Source: a virus
Lineage: Duplodnaviria; Caudoviricetes
IMG/VR virus record: IMGVR_UViG_3300044633_001982
Length of the DNA stretch: 64,000 nucleotides
Reading direction: 5' to 3' (one strand)
Shown: positions 44,530-53,783 of the stretch, piece by piece
Numbering within the stretch: position 1 is the first letter of the stretch
How the letters are laid out: every line of letters starts with the position of its first letter
The notes under the pieces: model-generated
What the model was told of the DNA's origin: nothing
The model's input: the letters and a program-made list of their open reading frames with translations, nothing else
The model's database searches: none
Position numbers and translations under genes: made by a program

Positions 44530-46061
44530 ACAACAAAAAAATTTTAATAGAACGAGTTAAAAAACTACTCAATGAGGCACCACCTATGAGTTTTGGTCCT
44601 GAATTAGGAGGGGCTAGACCAAGTAAAGATTTACAATCAAAGATTGAAGGTGGTAAATTACCATTAAGTCAATTTGGATTAACTCAAGCTCAAGTAGATT
44701 TTTTTACATCACAAGCATTTAAAGAATCTGTTTTGAATTTAGAAAGATTAATGGACAGAAGTTCAGGAGTTATTCCTCGACTAACAAGAGGTAATCAAAA
44801 TTTAAAGAAGGACGCTCAAACCGCCTTTAGAGAATTATACTCTTTAGTCAGTGACCTATTAGGTGAGTTAATCCAACTACAAGGAAGAAATCAAGAAGAA
44901 TTAGAACAAATCGCCAATGAGTCAGTTGAAAAGGCGATGGGTATTGACAGAAAGTTTTTTGACAATAAGTTAACACTAGATGGTAAGTTTACTCAGGGAG
45001 CATTACGTCAACTACAAGGAATGAAAGCAAAAGTTCAAAAAATTTCTGATGAAGAAATTATGAAAAAATTTGCAAGTGTTGATGAAGAGAAAAAAGAAAA
45101 ACTTGAACAAATGAGACAGGAGTTTGAAAGTATGGGTGTCGAGTTTGATGAGGAGCAAGCTAAAAAGGCGATAGATTCTACTTTTAAAATGTCCCCTGAA
45201 GCGATTCAGGCGGCTAAAAAATCATTCTCAGATGAAGTTTCTAGAAGAATGATTATTAACTTATTCAGACGTGGTATGTCACTTTATTATGTAAACGCTT
45301 ATGAAATATGTAAAGATAAGATAGAGAGTTTACCTGGTGGTGATAGAATTATCGAATTATCTAACGTGTTACAACCGATAATGTTACATATGTATTGGTT
45401 ATTCCCTGATATTGGTTCTATGGGAACGACAGGAGGAGGACAAATCGGTCAGATTGAGGTTGTACCACCTAAGAGCGGAAACCAAGGTCAAAATGACGAT
45501 GAAGAAGAGGATGAAGAAGAGGATGAAACACCAAAACCAACACAGCAACAATCATCATCACAACAACCGACAGGACCATTTATTATTAGAGCAAGGGCAA
45601 TGACTTTACCATTATTAGTTCATGAATTAGTAAAAGGTGTTGCAATGTTCTTCACGTCAGCAGGTGGTGAAAAAACTGAACAAGGTAGATTGGCAAAACA
45701 ACAAGCAAGTTCATTAGAAATTGAAGCATACGATTTAGTTTATGGTGAAAAATTCTTTATGGAATTTTACAAAGTTTTTAATAAATTAGTACCCGATAAA
45801 CAAGAACAAAGAGATTTAACACCATTTGTACTTAAATTTTTATCTGAAGAAAAATATGAAGTTTTGGTTGAATTAGCTAAATCATTATTCACTTTAGGAT
45901 TAACTGACCAAAATTTCGCTGAAAATTTTATAACACAGTTAGTTGAAAAATCTAAAAAATTAGTAAATAAAATGCAACAAAACCCATCGTATGTTGAAAA
46001 GAAAAAATACGGTGAAGAACAGTTTGACGATGAAGATTTTCTATCAGGATTAGGATTCTAA
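44526..46061 (+). CDS. hypothetical helical protein
   Basis: 511 aa; N-terminal VKKLLNE|APP. Confidence 0.7.
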   Translation: MNNKKILIERVKKLLNEAPPMSFGPELGGARPSKDLQSKIEGGKLPLSQFGLTQAQVDFFTSQAFKESVLNLERLMDRSSGVIPRLTRGNQNLKKDAQTAFRELYSLVSDLLGELIQLQGRNQEELEQIANESVEKAMGIDRKFFDNKLTLDGKFTQGALRQLQGMKAKVQKISDEEIMKKFASVDEEKKEKLEQMRQEFESMGVEFDEEQAKKAIDSTFKMSPEAIQAAKKSFSDEVSRRMIINLFRRGMSLYYVNAYEICKDKIESLPGGDRIIELSNVLQPIMLHMYWLFPDIGSMGTTGGGQIGQIEVVPPKSGNQGQNDDEEEDEEEDETPKPTQQQSSSQQPTGPFIIRARAMTLPLLVHELVKGVAMFFTSAGGEKTEQGRLAKQQASSLEIEAYDLVYGEKFFMEFYKVFNKLVPDKQEQRDLTPFVLKFLSEEKYEVLVELAKSLFTLGLTDQNFAENFITQLVEKSKKLVNKMQQNPSYVEKKKYGEEQFDDEDFLSGLGF

Positions 46062-46073
46062 AAAAATATTTAA

Positions 46074-46094
46074 AAACCCCTCATTGAGGGGTTT
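46074..46094. terminator. hairpin/terminator before terL
   Basis: AAACCCCTCA T TGAGGGGTTT. Confidence 0.65.
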
Positions 46095-46126
46095 CTTATT
46101 TAATATCATTTCAGATATTTATTATT

Positions 46127-47875
46127 ATGAATTTAACTAAAGAACAAGTTATTTTGGAATATACCAAGTGTATGAAATCAACTCCATACGCTTTAAAAAC
46201 ATATTTACAAACTTACGACAATACTGTTCAAAAATATGTACCATTAGAATTATTTCCTGACCAAATAGGTTTAGTAAATGATTATGAGACGTATAATGAA
46301 AACATTGCTTTAAAATATAGACAGGCTGGGGTATCCACTGTAACCGCGGCATGGTCTTCAAAAAAATTAATATTTGCTTCTAAAAACAAACCTGAGAAAA
46401 TATTAATTATTGCCAATAAATTAGATACTGCCGTTGAAGTGGCAAATAAAATTAGAGGATTTACCGAACAATGGCCTTCTTGGGTTGGTGTTACCTTTTC
46501 CTCTGAAAAAAATTCACAAAGACACTTTAAATTAACTAATGGTTGTGAGGTTAAGGCGGTTGCGACATCTAAGGATGCCCTACGTGGATATACTCCGACT
46601 ATTTTAATATTTGATGAGGCGGCGTATATTGAGGCTGACGGGGATTTTTGGGCGGCTTGTATGGCGTCGTTATCTACGGGGGGTAAAGTTATTGTGGTTT
46701 CTACTCCTAATGGATTTGACCCAATTTATTATGAAATTTATGACCAAGCGTTAAAAGGTATGAATGAGTTTAAAATTTCAGAAATGGTTTGGTGGAAAGA
46801 CCCAAGGTACGCTAAAGATTTACAATTATTAAATGTTAAAGACATAATACATTACTATTTGAATCGTAATGAATATCAAGATGTTGAAATAATTGATTAC
46901 TCTAATAAAGAAAAAGACTTCGATGAAATACGTAGATTAGTTAATGACGGATATCGACCTAGTTCTTCTTGGTACGAATCAATGGTTAAAAAATTGAAGT
47001 ACGATAAAAGAAAAGTTAACCAAGAATTAGAGTGTGCGTTTTTAGGTTCGGGTGATAACGTAATTGATTCAAACATTATTGAAAATATTAAATCAACAAT
47101 GATTAAAGACCCTGTCAATAAGATGATTGGTGGTTCTTTATGGATATGGAAAGAACCTGAAATTGGACATAAATACATTATGGGTGTTGACGTTTCAAGG
47201 GGAGATAGTGAGGATTATTCGACATTTCAAATTTTGGATTTTACAACACGTGAACAAGTTGCGGAATATGTTGGTAAAATACCACCTGATATTCTTGCGG
47301 AAATCTGTTATAAATGGGCGATGATGTATTCGGCATTTATTGTTGTGGATATAACTGGGGGTATGGGTGTTACAACATCTCGTAAATTACAAGAGTTAGG
47401 GTACAAAGATTTATATATTGATGGATTAGACTCAACAAATAGATGGAAATGGGACCCAAAATCTCAAGATAAAATACCAGGTCTAAACTTTAACAATAAA
47501 AGAGTACAAATTATTGCCATGTTTGAAGAATATTTGAGACATGGATTAATTATAAGGTCTAATAGATTACTTAATGAAATGAATACGTTCATTTATATTA
47601 ATGGTAGACCTGACCACCAAAAAGGACAACATGATGATTTAATTATGTCAATTGCAATGGCGGTGTACATTGGAGAATCTTCATTTGCTTCAATAACAAA
47701 AGTTAGTGAGCAGGCAAAAGTCATGATTGAAGCTTGGCAAGTTAATAATAATGAACCAACTTATAGGTCACAATTTTTTGACCCAATGACAGATTCAAAC
47801 AAAAAACAAACAAATAATCAACCAAGTAAAAGTGATTATCAGAATTATGGATGGTTATTTGGGGGTATGAGATAA
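46127..47875 (+). CDS. terL: terminase large subunit (T4 gp17-like)
   Basis: KYRQAGVST Walker A, LIFDEAAYI Walker B, STPNG, GVDVSRG..DYS, HDDLIMS. Confidence 0.95.
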   Translation: MNLTKEQVILEYTKCMKSTPYALKTYLQTYDNTVQKYVPLELFPDQIGLVNDYETYNENIALKYRQAGVSTVTAAWSSKKLIFASKNKPEKILIIANKLDTAVEVANKIRGFTEQWPSWVGVTFSSEKNSQRHFKLTNGCEVKAVATSKDALRGYTPTILIFDEAAYIEADGDFWAACMASLSTGGKVIVVSTPNGFDPIYYEIYDQALKGMNEFKISEMVWWKDPRYAKDLQLLNVKDIIHYYLNRNEYQDVEIIDYSNKEKDFDEIRRLVNDGYRPSSSWYESMVKKLKYDKRKVNQELECAFLGSGDNVIDSNIIENIKSTMIKDPVNKMIGGSLWIWKEPEIGHKYIMGVDVSRGDSEDYSTFQILDFTTREQVAEYVGKIPPDILAEICYKWAMMYSAFIVVDITGGMGVTTSRKLQELGYKDLYIDGLDSTNRWKWDPKSQDKIPGLNFNNKRVQIIAMFEEYLRHGLIIRSNRLLNEMNTFIYINGRPDHQKGQHDDLIMSIAMAVYIGESSFASITKVSEQAKVMIEAWQVNNNEPTYRSQFFDPMTDSNKKQTNNQPSKSDYQNYGWLFGGMR

Positions 47876-47884
47876 TTATTCAAT

Positions 47885-49447
47885 ATGGGAGTAGAAGAAT
47901 TACCAAATAACGGAAATAAATTTACAGGTTCAAGAATGATTGTACCTGGTGTTGGTTTAAATATTTATAAAGTTCAAAAAAACGATAAATTTGCAGTCAA
48001 AAGAAACCAATATGCGAATTCAATAAACGCATCCCCAACACCAACTCCTTCGTTTACCCCAACAAACACTCCTACACCAACTATTACTCCAACAAACACA
48101 ATGACCCCATCTGTTACTCCAACTCTAACGCCAACACCTTCAAGTACTCCCCCACTCCCTCCACAAACATTTGTTTTAAGTGGTAATTCAACAACTACTG
48201 TTGCTGGGACATTTTCAGTATCCTCAAGTGGTGGGTATATTGATTATGGTGATGGGGCGACAACTTCATTAACATTAGGTACAAATGTAATTAATCATAC
48301 ATATTCGTCACCATATACAGGAGTAATAACTATAAACTATTTTGGTAATATCACTTCATTAAATATTAATAATTGTGTACCTGATAATAGTACAGTGATA
48401 AATGTTAGTACATCTGAAATTGTTAATCTTACAAATATTACACAGTTAATATTATCTAGTGGAAGATTAACGGGACAATTTAGTGATTTTACACCATTAA
48501 CATTATTGACTAATTTAAATATTAAAAATGATTATACTGCAAGTGTAATTTCAGATATACCGCAAAATATTACACAGTTGATTTTAGGGGCTCAAGGGTA
48601 TACCACAATTAGTGGTAACATAAGTGCTTTGTCAGGTAATAATTTAACATTCCTTGGAATCTATGGTACAAATACCGTAAGTGGTAACATATCAACTTTA
48701 CAATCAACACTAAGTACTATTGCTATTTGGGGTTCTAATACAGTATCAGGAAATACATCTTCATTTAATTTCCCATCTTTAGATAATATAAATATACGTG
48801 GAAATAATACAATTGGTGGGGATGTTGTTAACCTACCTTCATCATTAACCAATCTTTATATTACAGGTAGTAATACATTATTTGGAAATATATCCGATAT
48901 CCCGATATTAATTAACAATTTGACTATAGATTCTTCCACTGGTGGAAATTTAACAGGTAATTTATCTGATTTACAACGAACTGGGTTTTATCTTATAACT
49001 TTGTCAGCACCTAATCATACATTTGGTCTTGATATTGACACGATGCCTGTTGTTTCAGGAACATCATTTTATGCGAGAGTTAATGGAGACTTAACTGGAG
49101 ACATATCAAATTTATTTGATTCAGGTTTAAGTTTCCCATTTTGTTCAATAACTATACAAAACGATAGTGGTACATCTTCAAGTATTTCATATACCCCAAG
49201 TACCTATCCATGGGGTTCTGTTAACCTTAAAACCTTTACAATTAATAGAAATGGAGGGTTATCAAGCACAATTGTAAATAATTTATTGATAGATATCGAT
49301 TCGTTTGGAGGTGGAATTACTTGGGGAACAAATCCTGCGTGTGCTGGAGGTAGTAGTATAAACCTAAAAGGTACCAGAACTTCAGCTTCTGACGCAGCGG
49401 TTACGAGTTTAAATGGTAAAGGAGTTACAGTTACAATTACCCCTTAA
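47885..49447 (+). CDS. putative virion surface/adhesin protein: PT-rich linker, PKD-like domain, LRR/beta-solenoid
   Basis: (TP)n tract, YIDYGDG..TS...NHTY, repeated [IV]SGN[IT]S.L units. Confidence 0.65.
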   Translation: MGVEELPNNGNKFTGSRMIVPGVGLNIYKVQKNDKFAVKRNQYANSINASPTPTPSFTPTNTPTPTITPTNTMTPSVTPTLTPTPSSTPPLPPQTFVLSGNSTTTVAGTFSVSSSGGYIDYGDGATTSLTLGTNVINHTYSSPYTGVITINYFGNITSLNINNCVPDNSTVINVSTSEIVNLTNITQLILSSGRLTGQFSDFTPLTLLTNLNIKNDYTASVISDIPQNITQLILGAQGYTTISGNISALSGNNLTFLGIYGTNTVSGNISTLQSTLSTIAIWGSNTVSGNTSSFNFPSLDNINIRGNNTIGGDVVNLPSSLTNLYITGSNTLFGNISDIPILINNLTIDSSTGGNLTGNLSDLQRTGFYLITLSAPNHTFGLDIDTMPVVSGTSFYARVNGDLTGDISNLFDSGLSFPFCSITIQNDSGTSSSISYTPSTYPWGSVNLKTFTINRNGGLSSTIVNNLLIDIDSFGGGITWGTNPACAGGSSINLKGTRTSASDAAVTSLNGKGVTVTITP

Positions 49448-49482
49448 TCTTTAATTTAATTTGAAAGTATTTATATTTAAGT

Positions 49483-51297
49483 ATGGCAGAAAAAAATTTT
49501 ACAGTTTGGCAAAGATTGACACAGGCGTTTGGTCCAAATTCTTTATTGAATCAAGATTATCCTAGTTTAAAATTTGACAAAAAAGAACTTCTAAAAACAA
49601 CTTCAAAAAGAGAGTATGAAAAAGAGTTGTTACAAGCTCAACAAACTTTTTATCTTTCGAATCAATGGACTAAAATTGAAAATAATTTATATACTCAAGC
49701 AACATATTATGAGCCAACAAGATTATCGGCTTTTTATGATTATGAGTCTATGGAATTTACTCCTGAAATATCGGCAGCGTTAGATATCTACGCTGAGGAG
49801 TCAACAACTGTAAATGAGGATGGTTTTATGTTACAAATTTATTCTGAATCAAATAGAATAAAATCAATATTGGCCGATTTATTTAATAATATTTTAGACA
49901 TCAATACAAACTTACCAATGTGGACAAGAAACACATGTAAGTATGGTGATAACTTTGTATATATCAAATTAGACCCTGAAAAAGGTGTAATTGGTTGTAT
50001 GCAATTACCAATCATCGAAATCGAAAGATTAGAAAGAGGTATGATGGCTAAAGGTAAGTCAATTGACGAGGACCCAACTAAAAAACATTTAAAATTCACA
50101 TGGAAACACAAAGACATGGAATTTAATACTTGGGAAATTGCTCACTTTAGATTATTGGGTGATGACAGAAGATTACCTTATGGTACGTCTATGTTGGAAA
50201 AGGCTCGTCGTATATGGAAACAATTGTTATTATCTGAAGATGCTATGTTAATCTATAGAACTTCAAGAGCCCCTGAAAGACGTGTGTTTAAAGTATTTGT
50301 TGGAAACATGGATGATAAGGACGTTGAACCATATATCCAAAGAGTCGCAAATAAGTTTAAAAGAGACCAAGTAGTTGATTCTAAAACAGGTAACGTTGAT
50401 ATGAGATTTAATCAAATGGCGGTTGACCAAGATTATTTTATTCCTGTACGTGACCCTGCACAAGCGTCTCCAATTGAAACACTACCTGGAGCTCAAAACT
50501 TATCTGAAATTGCGGACATTGAGTATATCCAAAAGAAATTATTAACTGCGTTACGTGTACCTAAAGCTTTCTTAGGATTTGAGGAAGTTGTTGGTGATGG
50601 TAAAAACTTAGCGTTACAAGATATTCGTTTTGCAAGAACAATCAACAGAATTCAAAAGAGTATGTTGCAAGAACTTAACAAAATTGGTATTATTCACTTG
50701 TTTATGTTAGGATTTGAAGATGAATTATCTAATTTTAGATTATCATTAACAAACCCATCTAAACAAGCCGACTTGTTAATGGTGGACATTTGGAAAGAAA
50801 AAATACTTCTTTACAAAGATATGGTTGCAGACCCTGGTTCAGGAATTGCTGCGGTATCACAGTCTTGGGCTAAAAAACATATCCTTGGATTTTCTGATGA
50901 AGAAATTAAACTCGATATTCAACAACAACGTATTGAAAAAGCAGTTGGTGAGGAGCTTAAGAAAACTGCTGAAGTCATAGTTAAAACAGGTTTATTTGAT
51001 AATATAGATAAACTATACGGTAAAAAAGAAGGTGAACCTGGCGGGGCTCCATCTGCACCGTCTGAGGGTGGTACACCTTCAGATTTAGGAGGAGGTGGTC
51101 CAATTGGAGGAGAAACCCCTCCACCACCCCCACCTGGAGGAGAAGCTCCCCCAACGGTACCTGAAAATTTAAATCCTAAGAATAAAGATTTAATTCTTGA
51201 AAAAGTTCTCAGAGAGGACGATGAGTTTGTGGACTTTGAAAAAAACAAAGATTCTATGAAAGAAATAAATGACACTTTAGAAAGATTACTAAAGTAA
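49483..51297 (+). CDS. portal protein (T4 gp20-like)
   Basis: YESMEFTPEISAALDIYAEE, YRTSRAPERRVF, EDYF-like QDYFIPVR, IETLPG, IEYIQKKL. Confidence 0.93.
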   Translation: MAEKNFTVWQRLTQAFGPNSLLNQDYPSLKFDKKELLKTTSKREYEKELLQAQQTFYLSNQWTKIENNLYTQATYYEPTRLSAFYDYESMEFTPEISAALDIYAEESTTVNEDGFMLQIYSESNRIKSILADLFNNILDINTNLPMWTRNTCKYGDNFVYIKLDPEKGVIGCMQLPIIEIERLERGMMAKGKSIDEDPTKKHLKFTWKHKDMEFNTWEIAHFRLLGDDRRLPYGTSMLEKARRIWKQLLLSEDAMLIYRTSRAPERRVFKVFVGNMDDKDVEPYIQRVANKFKRDQVVDSKTGNVDMRFNQMAVDQDYFIPVRDPAQASPIETLPGAQNLSEIADIEYIQKKLLTALRVPKAFLGFEEVVGDGKNLALQDIRFARTINRIQKSMLQELNKIGIIHLFMLGFEDELSNFRLSLTNPSKQADLLMVDIWKEKILLYKDMVADPGSGIAAVSQSWAKKHILGFSDEEIKLDIQQQRIEKAVGEELKKTAEVIVKTGLFDNIDKLYGKKEGEPGGAPSAPSEGGTPSDLGGGGPIGGETPPPPPPGGEAPPTVPENLNPKNKDLILEKVLREDDEFVDFEKNKDSMKEINDTLERLLK

Positions 51298-51311
51298 TAA
51301 TATTTATAGTT

Positions 51312-52028
51312 ATGAAATTTGGACTTTATAAAACAGCAATAGAAAAAAAATTAGTTAACTCATTTGTTAGTGAGAATTTAACTAAAGACATGAAACAATT
51401 CAAAGATTTAGTTTTGAATTCTGAAGAAACTAAAACTTTATTTTTCATTTATGATAAATTAAATGAAAATTTAGGTTTAGATAAAGATAGTGCAAATATT
51501 CTTGTTGATGAAGTTATCAAAGAAACTAAAGACATTATTATTCCAAATAACCATTTAGAAAAATTAAATAAATGGTTAAAAAATGAATTATCTGAGTCAG
51601 AATATTCTCACATAGATAAAATTTTAAACACAAATATTAATAAAATTGAAGAAAGGATTGAAAGTAGAAAAATTGTTGTTGAAAATCTAATGAAAGAAAA
51701 ACAAACAAAAAAAACTACCCCTAAATTACCTATATCATCTTTAAAGAAAATTGCAAACTCAGTAGCTTCAAAATATCTATCTAACTTAGACGAATCAACT
51801 CAAAAAGAAGTCATTTCATTACTTAAAGAAAATGAAGACGTTTTAGAAATTAAATTTAATGAGGAAAAAGAACAAGTTATATCTAAATTAAATTCCCTTA
51901 TTGAGTCAGAAACAGAAGAAGAGACTAAGAAAAAAATAAATGAGACTAAAGAAAAAGTCACATCTACAATTTTTTCAGTTAACGAATTAATTAAAATTAA
52001 AGAACTAAATTCACATTTGGTTCTCTAA
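51312..52028 (+). CDS. hypothetical helical head-module protein
   Basis: TATTTAT upstream; follows portal. Confidence 0.7.
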   Translation: MKFGLYKTAIEKKLVNSFVSENLTKDMKQFKDLVLNSEETKTLFFIYDKLNENLGLDKDSANILVDEVIKETKDIIIPNNHLEKLNKWLKNELSESEYSHIDKILNTNINKIEERIESRKIVVENLMKEKQTKKTTPKLPISSLKKIANSVASKYLSNLDESTQKEVISLLKENEDVLEIKFNEEKEQVISKLNSLIESETEEETKKKINETKEKVTSTIFSVNELIKIKELNSHLVL

Positions 52029-52199
52029 TTTTGATTGTAGGTAAATAGCCTTTCTTTTTTCCTCTCTTTTAGTTGTACTTTTCTTAGCAAAATACTTTCT
52101 TTTAGTTAATTCTTTAACTTGTTTAACTTTGATAACTTTACTTTTAAGTTCTTTCAAAGCCTTTTCAATGTTTTGATTTTTTACTTTTACAATTAGCAT
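52011..52199 (-). CDS. rpsU: 30S ribosomal protein bS21
   Basis: MLIVKV..NIEKALK..K.K.......EL..RKYF.K.S..KR....KAIY. Confidence 0.88.
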   Translation of the reverse strand: MLIVKVKNQNIEKALKELKSKVIKVKQVKELTKRKYFAKKSTTKREEKRKAIYLQSKLENQM

Positions 52200-52212
52200 T
52201 TTTTCTTTTTGA

Positions 52213-52244
52213 CAAAAATATTAAAGTTTATTATATTTTCCAAA
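52213..52244 (-). promoter_or_regulatory. sigmaA-type promoter of rpsU
   Basis: TTTG-N20-TATTTTTG on minus strand, 13 nt before ATG; no SD. Confidence 0.7.
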
Positions 52245-52270
52245 AATAAACGTATGAATTATGAACACAA

Positions 52271-52729
52271 ATGAAGAAGGGAAAATCGGTATCTGTCAAA
52301 GGGTACAAAAAATTCAAGGCAAATTATGGAACAGTAGATTCTAAAAATTTAAAATCTTTTTATATAAATATACAATCATGGTTAACACCAAAGAAAGATG
52401 AGGAAAATTGGGAAAGAATTGTCATGAATTTTAATAGGTCAATTAGACACACAATTTATGAAATACTAAATTTTGATTTTATTGACACTAATTTTATAGT
52501 TGATACGGATTTAAGAAGTAGTGGACTTTCAGTCAATAAAAGTTCTTTTATGAACTTAGAAATAACTTTCTATATTAAAAATATAAATGATTTCAAATCT
52601 CCAATAATTAAAGATTTTGTTAAAACAATTATTGATTTAATTGATTCAGAAAATTTTAAAAACAACAAAAATTTTGTTTTTAACTTAACTAAAACAAACA
52701 AAACAAAAGTGAATAATATTTATTTATAA
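52271..52729 (+). CDS. hypothetical protein
   Basis: 152 aa between rpsU and the protease gene. Confidence 0.7.
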   Translation: MKKGKSVSVKGYKKFKANYGTVDSKNLKSFYINIQSWLTPKKDEENWERIVMNFNRSIRHTIYEILNFDFIDTNFIVDTDLRSSGLSVNKSSFMNLEITFYIKNINDFKSPIIKDFVKTIIDLIDSENFKNNKNFVFNLTKTNKTKVNNIYL

Positions 52730-52737
52730 AATTCACA

Positions 52738-53457
52738 ATGCAAGATTTGAAAATTTTAGGTCCAAAAGATTCAGGTAAAGGAATACTGATAGAAATGGAT
52801 GCGGGATATATCTCACCGACAGAGTCTCGTAACTTGGCGGTAATACAAGAAAGTAAATCGGCTTTAGACTATTCAAAACCTTTTGAGTTCTATGCTGTTT
52901 TACAAAAATATAATACACCAAACAGAAATGGTAGAATTTATCCTGAAAAAATATTAAAAAGAGAAGTTGAAAATTATAAAAAAAATTATATATCAAAAGG
53001 AACCGCTCTTTCGGAATTAAACCATCCTGAATCATCATTAATTGATTTAGATAGAGTTTCTCACATAATCACTGAAATGTGGTGGGATGGTCATATATTA
53101 CTTGGTAAATTAAAACTTTTAACATCACCTGGGTTTCACGAAAGAGGAATTGTATCAACAAAAGGAGACCAAGCCGCAAATCTTTTAAGACAAGGTGTTA
53201 CATTAGGGATATCATCAAGAGGAGTCGGTTCGTTAGTTAAAAAGGGGGAACAAAATGAAGTACAAGAAGATTTTGAACTAATTTGTTTTGACTTAGTATC
53301 ATCACCATCTACTCCAGGAGCATATCTTTTCCAAGATATGGCTGATAAACACAAGTACGAAGAAAATTTGCAAGAAGAACAATTACAAAAAGCTGAAAGG
53401 TCAACAACAAAATCACTTGATTTAATGAAAAAACTTAACGATTATTTATCAAAATAA
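52738..53457 (+). CDS. prohead core protease (T4 gp21-like)
   Basis: NRNGRIYP, SELNHPE, LGISSRGVGS, FDLVSSPSTPGA. Confidence 0.92.
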   Translation: MQDLKILGPKDSGKGILIEMDAGYISPTESRNLAVIQESKSALDYSKPFEFYAVLQKYNTPNRNGRIYPEKILKREVENYKKNYISKGTALSELNHPESSLIDLDRVSHIITEMWWDGHILLGKLKLLTSPGFHERGIVSTKGDQAANLLRQGVTLGISSRGVGSLVKKGEQNEVQEDFELICFDLVSSPSTPGAYLFQDMADKHKYEENLQEEQLQKAERSTTKSLDLMKKLNDYLSK

Positions 53458-53463
53458 TTTATT

Positions 53464-53679
53464 ATGGAAATGGACGAAAAATATTTTGTTGCAAAAATTC
53501 AGTACGATTTACCCGATGAAAATTCAGGTAAAATAAAAAAAGTAAGAGAAGAGAAATTAGTTAAAGGTTACAACGTCACAGATGTTGAGGCTAAAGTAAC
53601 TAAAGCCTATGAATCGTTCTCTTATGATTGGAGAATTACATCAGTCGCTGAAAGTAAGATTGATGAAATTTTCGAATAA
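53464..53679 (+). CDS. small conserved hypothetical protein
   Basis: 71 aa between protease and scaffold. Confidence 0.7.
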   Translation: MEMDEKYFVAKIQYDLPDENSGKIKKVREEKLVKGYNVTDVEAKVTKAYESFSYDWRITSVAESKIDEIFE

Positions 53680-53701
53680 GTATTAATTTTTAAAGTTTAT
53701 G

Positions 53702-53728
53702 AAAAAGGAGGGATTACCCTCCTTTTTT
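53702..53728. terminator. intrinsic terminator
   Basis: AAAAAGGAGGG ATTA CCCTCCTTTTT. Confidence 0.8.
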
Positions 53729-53783
53729 ATTTTATTTACATTATGTGGTGAATTTTTCTAAAGTACTGAATATTTATCAAAAA

